Assembly: GCA_037146715.1 (NCBI GenBank)
Contig: JBAWWO010000002.1
Coordinates: forward strand, 7,377 to 71,376
Direction of reading: 5' to 3'
DNA from: Alphaproteobacteria bacterium
Lineage (GTDB): Bacteria; Pseudomonadota; Alphaproteobacteria; UBA7879; UBA5542
Length of the DNA: 64,000 bases
Below the pieces are notes generated by a model. That model saw only the letters and a program-made list of their open reading frames with translations, was not told the DNA's origin and searched no databases. This document shows positions 59,225 to 64,000 of the stretch, in pieces. Both the position numbers and the translations under genes were made by a program. Within the stretch, counting starts at the first letter, position 1. Each line of letters opens with the position of its first letter.

Positions 59225-60640
59225 GGTCAAAAGTTCTAGACGCCCCAAAAGCATGCCAACCATCAGAACCCACTTTACACTATCTGTAAGATGAGTATAA
59301 GTTTTTGTGGGTCCAATCACTTCGCCAATTCCTGGCCCTACGTTCGTTAGCATAGAGGCTGATGCAGATAAAGCCGTCATAGCGTCCAACCCTAAAAATG
59401 CTAAAATCAAAGCAAGCATGGCAAAAGAAATTAAAAAGAAGATAAAGAAGGCGCTGACTGAATTGAAACCTTCTTTTGAAATTTCGCGCCCGTTATACTT
59501 TGGTAAATAAATTCCATGGGGGCGTCGAATTTTTCGAAGCTGGTTCACAGCCACTTCCCATAAAACCTGACACCTAAATACTTTGATGCCGCCGCTGGTA
59601 GATCCTGTTGATCCCCCAATAAAGGGCAAAAAGAAAACCAAAATAATGGCAAACCCTCCCCAGGCCGTGTAATCCGTTGACTCAAAACCCGTGGTCGTCA
59701 TGATAGAGGTTAAGTTGAACAAGGTTTTGACGATAATCGTTAGGGGTTCTTCCTCATTCTTATAAATCAATTTCCAGGCAATTAAGGCTAAAACCGCTGC
59801 AAATAAAATTTTCGTATAGGATTGAAATTGAGAATCTTCAAAGAATTTTTTCCATCGGCCATCCCAAAGATGAATAAAGGAAAGCTGCGTGATCCCACCC
59901 AAGAACATGAAAACTGTTAAAATTCCTTCAATTTTAAAACTGTTGAAAAAGGTGATTGAAGCATCATGGGTAGAAAATCCCCCCGTTGAAACGGTCGTAA
60001 AACTGTGGCATAGGGCATCAAACCAAGTCATACCACAAGCCCATAAACAGGCGAAACACAGTACTGTTAAAATTAAGTACACCCAAAAAATAATCTTAGC
60101 AATTTGGGCGACGCGCGGCAGAAATTTTTCCGATTTTTCGGAAGATTCTGTTTGAAAAAGTTCCATCCCCCCAATACGCATTTCCGTCAAAACGGTTAAG
60201 GCCATCACCACGATTCCAATGCCCCCCAGCCATTGTAAAATAGAGCGCCACAGCAGAATTCCCCAGGGCATTTGATCTAATTTTACCAGAACCGTCGCCC
60301 CTGTGGTGGTAAGCCCGGATACGGTTTCAAAAAACGAATCCGTACAAGAAAAATTATATCCCGCCAGCAGAAAGGGGATAGCTGAAAAGATAATCACCAA
60401 AAGCCAGGCCATAACTGTCAGAACAAAGGAATCTCGCTTATCAAATTCCAGTTCTTCTTCAGACCTGGTCGAAAAAATAAAAAGTGCCCCCAAAAACACC
60501 ATAACGACGCCCGAAAAAAGATAAACTTTATAGTCGTCACATCCCCGGAAAAAATCTATAGCTGCTGGAAAAATACTAAATCCAGAAAGAATAAGAAGTA
60601 GCCATCCAATAAGGTAAAAGATTGAGGCAAAATGAACCAT
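59186..60640 (-). CDS. trkH: Trk-system potassium uptake protein TrkH
   Basis: 484 aa, polytopic, with repeated selectivity-filter-like GxG motifs (TTTGFS / TTGFE). Its 3' end overlaps miaA convergently. Confidence 0.85.
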   Translation of the reverse strand: MVHFASIFYLIGWLLLILSGFSIFPAAIDFFRGCDDYKVYLFSGVVMVFLGALFIFSTRSEEELEFDKRDSFVLTVMAWLLVIIFSAIPFLLAGYNFSCTDSFFETVSGLTTTGATVLVKLDQMPWGILLWRSILQWLGGIGIVVMALTVLTEMRIGGMELFQTESSEKSEKFLPRVAQIAKIIFWVYLILTVLCFACLWACGMTWFDALCHSFTTVSTGGFSTHDASITFFNSFKIEGILTVFMFLGGITQLSFIHLWDGRWKKFFEDSQFQSYTKILFAAVLALIAWKLIYKNEEEPLTIIVKTLFNLTSIMTTTGFESTDYTAWGGFAIILVFFLPFIGGSTGSTSGGIKVFRCQVLWEVAVNQLRKIRRPHGIYLPKYNGREISKEGFNSVSAFFIFFLISFAMLALILAFLGLDAMTALSASASMLTNVGPGIGEVIGPTKTYTHLTDSVKWVLMVGMLLGRLELLTLYVLFLKSFWKD

Positions 60641-61024
60641 TTAATTCAAAAAAACTTTCTCATGAGGGCTGTCCAAAGAAAAAGTTGGGATGGTAACCTT
60701 AAAGCGCCCCCCCGACAAGCGTTCCATTTCATAAACGCCTGCCATAATGCCTGACGGCGTATTCAGCATAGCCCCGCTAGTGTAAGAAAACTTTTCACCT
60801 GGCCTTAAAATGGGCTCAATACCAATAACGCCCTTGCCTTTGATTTCATGAATTCCGCCTTTTGAGTCGGTGATTTTCCAGTGGCGACGCCTCAGTTTAA
60901 CGGACTCGTCACTACGATTCAAAATAGTAACCTGGTAAGACCATACGAACTGGGAAGAATGAGGCTCAGACTCGTTCTCTAAGTACGTAGGTTCAGCGAT
61001 AACTTCTATAGATGTATTTTGCAT
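60641..61024 (-). CDS. apaG: ApaG (DUF525) protein
   Basis: MQNTSIEVIAEPTYLENESEP…YQVTILN pattern. I place the start at the internal Met. Confidence 0.8.
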   Translation of the reverse strand: MQNTSIEVIAEPTYLENESEPHSSQFVWSYQVTILNRSDESVKLRRRHWKITDSKGGIHEIKGKGVIGIEPILRPGEKFSYTSGAMLNTPSGIMAGVYEMERLSGGRFKVTIPTFSLDSPHEKVFLN

Positions 61025-61256
61025 AACGTACTCCTTAGATATAAGGTTATCGAAGTCATTTTTAGAATGCAATAGAAGATTGCAAAAATTAGGCGAGCGT
61101 GACTTGTGGGTTTTATTTCAGAAACTTCTTCTTCCCCTTTTTATAGGAGTTTACCTATAAAATTGTTTCTAGGTCCTTATTTTTTCTTGACAATTCCCTA
61201 TGAAAGAGATAGCAGAGAGTTCTATTCAATGATTTAAAAACTCAGGAGAACCGACG

Positions 61257-62632
61257 ATGAAAAATAAATTTATGTTAGTTAGTTTATTGGCTTTTTTTGG
61301 GGCAGCTTTGGCCCCTTGTGCAAGCTTTTCTGCTTTTTTAAACGATGAAGAAAGAGGGGAGCCCCTTTTCAACAATCTTGTAGAGCTGGGATCAAAATTC
61401 TTTCTTGACTTGAGGTCTCAAAACCTTGAGAAACAGATCAATGCTTCTGTGGGAGGGGAAGGTGGGCGTTACCCTGTGGGTGCACGTGCTTTATTGCCTA
61501 TACAAAACGCCATAAGTAAAGCAAAAGAACTTTCCGCAGAGTGTCTTCCTTTGAGCAAAGAGAACCTAAGTTTTTTTTCATCGTTGCAGGCGCTCTTCAT
61601 AGAATTGCAGACCATGTAGCTCTTAACCCTATAGAAAAAACCTTTCATCAGTTGTTAAAAACTAGCAAGGAAGGGGCTATCTCTTATCGAGACCCCATAG
61701 ATTTTCTTTGTCCTGTCGCTGAGAATCCTAATGTTAGATTCTGGTTGAAGGATAGTGTATTTTCTGACAGCTCTGGAAACAAAGTCAAGCTCGGTGAGTT
61801 GTTTGAGGCCTATAAAAAATTAAGAGATGCCTTTCCAGAGACTAGAAAAACGCTAACATTTGGTGATAGCAATATCCATCTAAACTCAAAAACTTTAAAT
61901 CAAGAGCTGTGGGAAACAGCCGGTAGCACCCCCATAAATTCGCCCATCCCACAGCAGTTAAACAATGTGGTGGATCTGATATACCGCATTGATGAATCCT
62001 TGAAAGGCTCGACACATAAAACTGTCCCTTTAGATTTTGTGACTTCGATACCCGAAGAACAAATATTAGATTTTTTTGGGCTAATGCTAAAATCTTTTTC
62101 CATTATTAGGGAGCCTGGTCAATTAGCTATATTGCCCATTAACGAACCTAGAAGAAGGGTTGTAACGCCTACCATTTATTTTAAATTGGATGGGGTAATA
62201 ACCGGGTATCAAGGGAACACTCCTATTGCTTTGGTTTCTCTAAGTGATTTTATTGACAACTACTGGGAAAAATTTTTGCGATTATTGCCTAAGCCCTCTA
62301 AATCGGAAGATATGGGGCAAGAGGAATCGGCCGAAATTCTTGTAGGGGATGTGGATGCACAACCCCTTAAGAAAAAATTAGAGGATTATTTGGGCACTAC
62401 CACACAGGATGGGGCCTTCTTAGCTTATCTTGCTGTAGTAGATGACCCTGCAAAGGGGATGATGACAATTATTAAAGCCGCATCAGGCGTCAGCATCAGA
62501 CCTTCCGCCATGGTAAACTCTAGCTCTCTGTGCTTATTTTCAGCATTAAAAACTGGAGATTTTGTTCTGACCACAGAAGGCGGCATGTTTGGTTCTAATT
62601 ATTTAGTATCTAAGTTTTATTCAAAATTTTAA
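61257..62632 (+). pseudogene. Secreted hypothetical protein split by a frameshift in a T8 homopolymer (ORFs 61257-61619 and 61541-62632)
   Basis: The 5' ORF has a signal peptide (MKNKFMLVSLLAFFGAALAPCASFSA). The 3' ORF of 363 aa has none and begins inside the 5' ORF. The two frames overlap exactly across 'tttttttt' at 61571-61578. Confidence 0.45.
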
Positions 62633-62646
62633 TCACATTTCGCTAA

Positions 62647-62675
62647 GGAAGAAAAGAAAACTTTTCTTCCTTTTG
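62647..62675 (+). terminator. Rho-independent terminator
   Basis: Perfect 10-bp stem GGAAGAAAAG-aaaa-CTTTTCTTCC followed by TTTT, 15 nt after the stop at 62632. Confidence 0.5.
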
Positions 62676-62844
62676 CACCCCCTGAAAATTTTGCTTGAAA
62701 AATAGATTCAAATGCATTAGTTTTCAGGGACTTTATGCCTTTCCTTTAATAAAGGGGAGAGAGCTGTGGAGCTTTTGGCGGTTGTATTATAAACCAGGCA
62801 TGCCTCAAAGCTTATTGTATTATTATTCTTAAGGAGTTATTTAA

Positions 62845-63042
62845 ATGCCAAAAATGAAAACAAATAGCAGTGCCAAGAAGCGCTTCAAGTTGACGGCTTC
62901 TGGTAAAGTAAAGGGAACCCCTGCTGGGAAGAATCACTTTCGGCGCAATCGTAGCGCACGAATGATTCGCGACTCTCGGGGGACTATGGTGCTAAGCGAT
63001 AGAGACGCCTTAGCTGTTCTGAGATTATTACCCAATAGTTAA
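62845..63042 (+). CDS. rpmI: 50S ribosomal protein L35
   Basis: [24 protein letters not shown]-terminus. Confidence 0.9.
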   Translation: MPKMKTNSSAKKRFKLTASGKVKGTPAGKNHFRRNRSARMIRDSRGTMVLSDRDALAVLRLLPNS

Positions 63043-63066
63043 TTATCAATATAAGGAGATTTCAAA

Positions 63067-63420
63067 ATGGCTCGTGTAAAAAGAGGTGTCTTTTCCCGCG
63101 CAAGGCGCAAAAAGATTTTAGATCAATCCAAAGGTTTTAGAGGGCGTTCTAAGAATTGTTTTAGAATTGCCGTTGAACGTCTTGAAAAAAGTTTGCAATA
63201 CGCATACCGGGATCGTCGCAATAGAAAAAGACAATTCCGCGCTTTGTGGATTCAGCGTATTAACGCGGCGGTTCGTCTTTATGGACTGACCTATTCCCAA
63301 TTTATCGGTGGCTTGAAAAAGGCTGAAATCGATATGGACCGTAAAGTTCTATCTGATTTGGCGATTCATGAAAAAGCTGCGTTTAAGGATATCGTGGACA
63401 AGGCCCGCGCTGCCCTATAA
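63067..63420 (+). CDS. rplT: 50S ribosomal protein L20
   Basis: [19 protein letters not shown]-terminus. 117 aa. Confidence 0.95.
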   Translation: MARVKRGVFSRARRKKILDQSKGFRGRSKNCFRIAVERLEKSLQYAYRDRRNRKRQFRALWIQRINAAVRLYGLTYSQFIGGLKKAEIDMDRKVLSDLAIHEKAAFKDIVDKARAAL

Positions 63421-63483
63421 TTACCTTTCCCACAAATTAACGATTACTTCGTAAAACTGTGGGGCCGTGACTTCCACTACCAT

Positions 63484-63560
63484 GATTGATTCCCTCGGGT
63501 TCCGACCCGAGGGTCCATGGGTGGTGGAGCGTACCCCGCAAGTATGAGCGCGAATCCTTG
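63484..63560. repeat. Family B hairpin modules
   Basis: 'ccctcgggttccgacccgaggg' and 'ccttggatcgagcccaagg' palindromes. The same hairpin module occurs at 42725 and 22055, and a degenerate form at 16030. Confidence 0.4.
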
Positions 63561-63724
63561 GATCGAGCCCAAGGAAGGCAGATGGCAATCAATTTACCCT
63601 TAAGATTTTTAATAAATTCTTTTGATTGCTTTCGGAAATATTCCCAAAACAACATCATTCCCATTTTCGCCATTTATGCTAATATTCATCCATGTCCGTG
63701 TTTAAGTTTATTTTACAGTCTTTA

Positions 63725-64000
63725 ATGCCCTTTAAGTGGAAACTTTTGGGAACAGCTTTTATTTGTGTCGTATGGGCCACAGACTTATCTTTAACACCCT
63801 ACATCATCAAAACAATTATTGATCGAATCCAGTTTTTGGCCCCTCATCAAGCTTATGAAGCTTTATTTTGGCCAGCCATTGCTTATGTGGCTTTGCGCAC
63901 TACGGTTGTATTTGGATTTCGTGTTTACGAATATATTGGAATTTATATTTATCCCCCCCTAAAGCGCCACCTGGGAAAAATTCTGATGGAAAGAATGATG
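63725..64000 (+). CDS. ABC transporter transmembrane/ATP-binding protein (MsbA-like), 5' partial, continuing beyond the window
   Basis: An open frame runs from the ATG at 63725 to the window end. It encodes MPFKWKLLGTAFICVVWATDLSLTPYIIKTIIDRIQ…, typical of the TM1 region of an ABC exporter. Confidence 0.55.
   Translation, partial: MPFKWKLLGTAFICVVWATDLSLTPYIIKTIIDRIQFLAPHQAYEALFWPAIAYVALRTTVVFGFRVYEYIGIYIYPPLKRHLGKILMERMM

Overview
This 64-kb window looks like part of a low-GC chromosome from an alphaproteobacterium, probably an obligate or facultative intracellular symbiont. The alphaproteobacterial call rests on synteny: tim44-like next to mltA, fabD-fabG, rpsF-rpsR-rplI and kdsD-lptC-lptA. 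Most genes are housekeeping and encoded on both strands: tyrS, a large NAD-specific glutamate dehydrogenase, mtaB, ftsY, mrp, radA, mlaEF, trxA, nfuA, nth, uppP, secG, pyrG, kdsA, eno, ftsB, kdsD, lptCA, uvrA, cspA, mltA, malic enzyme, fabDG, rpsF/rpsR/rplI, an Fe/B12-type ABC importer, miaA, trkH, apaG and rpmI/rplT. Two tRNAs are present, Gly-GCC and His-GTG.

The accessory content is where the interest lies:
- A five-gene orphan type VI secretion module at 1040-4908 (tssB-tssC-hcp-hcp-tssE). It ends abruptly in a repeat element, and no other T6SS core genes occur in the window.
- Two families of interspersed repeats. One is a 128-bp tandem family; the other is a set of mosaic palindromic elements. 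A shared terminal motif (aaaacctag) supplies the K-T-stop C-termini of tssE, uvrA and mrp, and abuts the fabG stop.
- A cluster of two paralogous secreted proteins that share an identical N-terminal module. One is proline-rich and eukaryote-like; an outer-membrane beta-barrel gene sits beside them.
- A 627-aa secreted protein built from a tandem 35-aa repeat.
- A higBA toxin-antitoxin pair with a palindromic operator.
- An AT-rich islet encoding an XRE-REC hybrid regulator and a degenerate histidine-kinase-like ATPase.
- A 651-aa secreted orphan protein in an AT-rich segment flanked by repeats.
- A secreted-protein gene split by a frameshift in a T8 run.
- A cysteine-rich secreted protein with an acidic tail.

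I found no rRNA, CRISPR array or intact IS/transposase.
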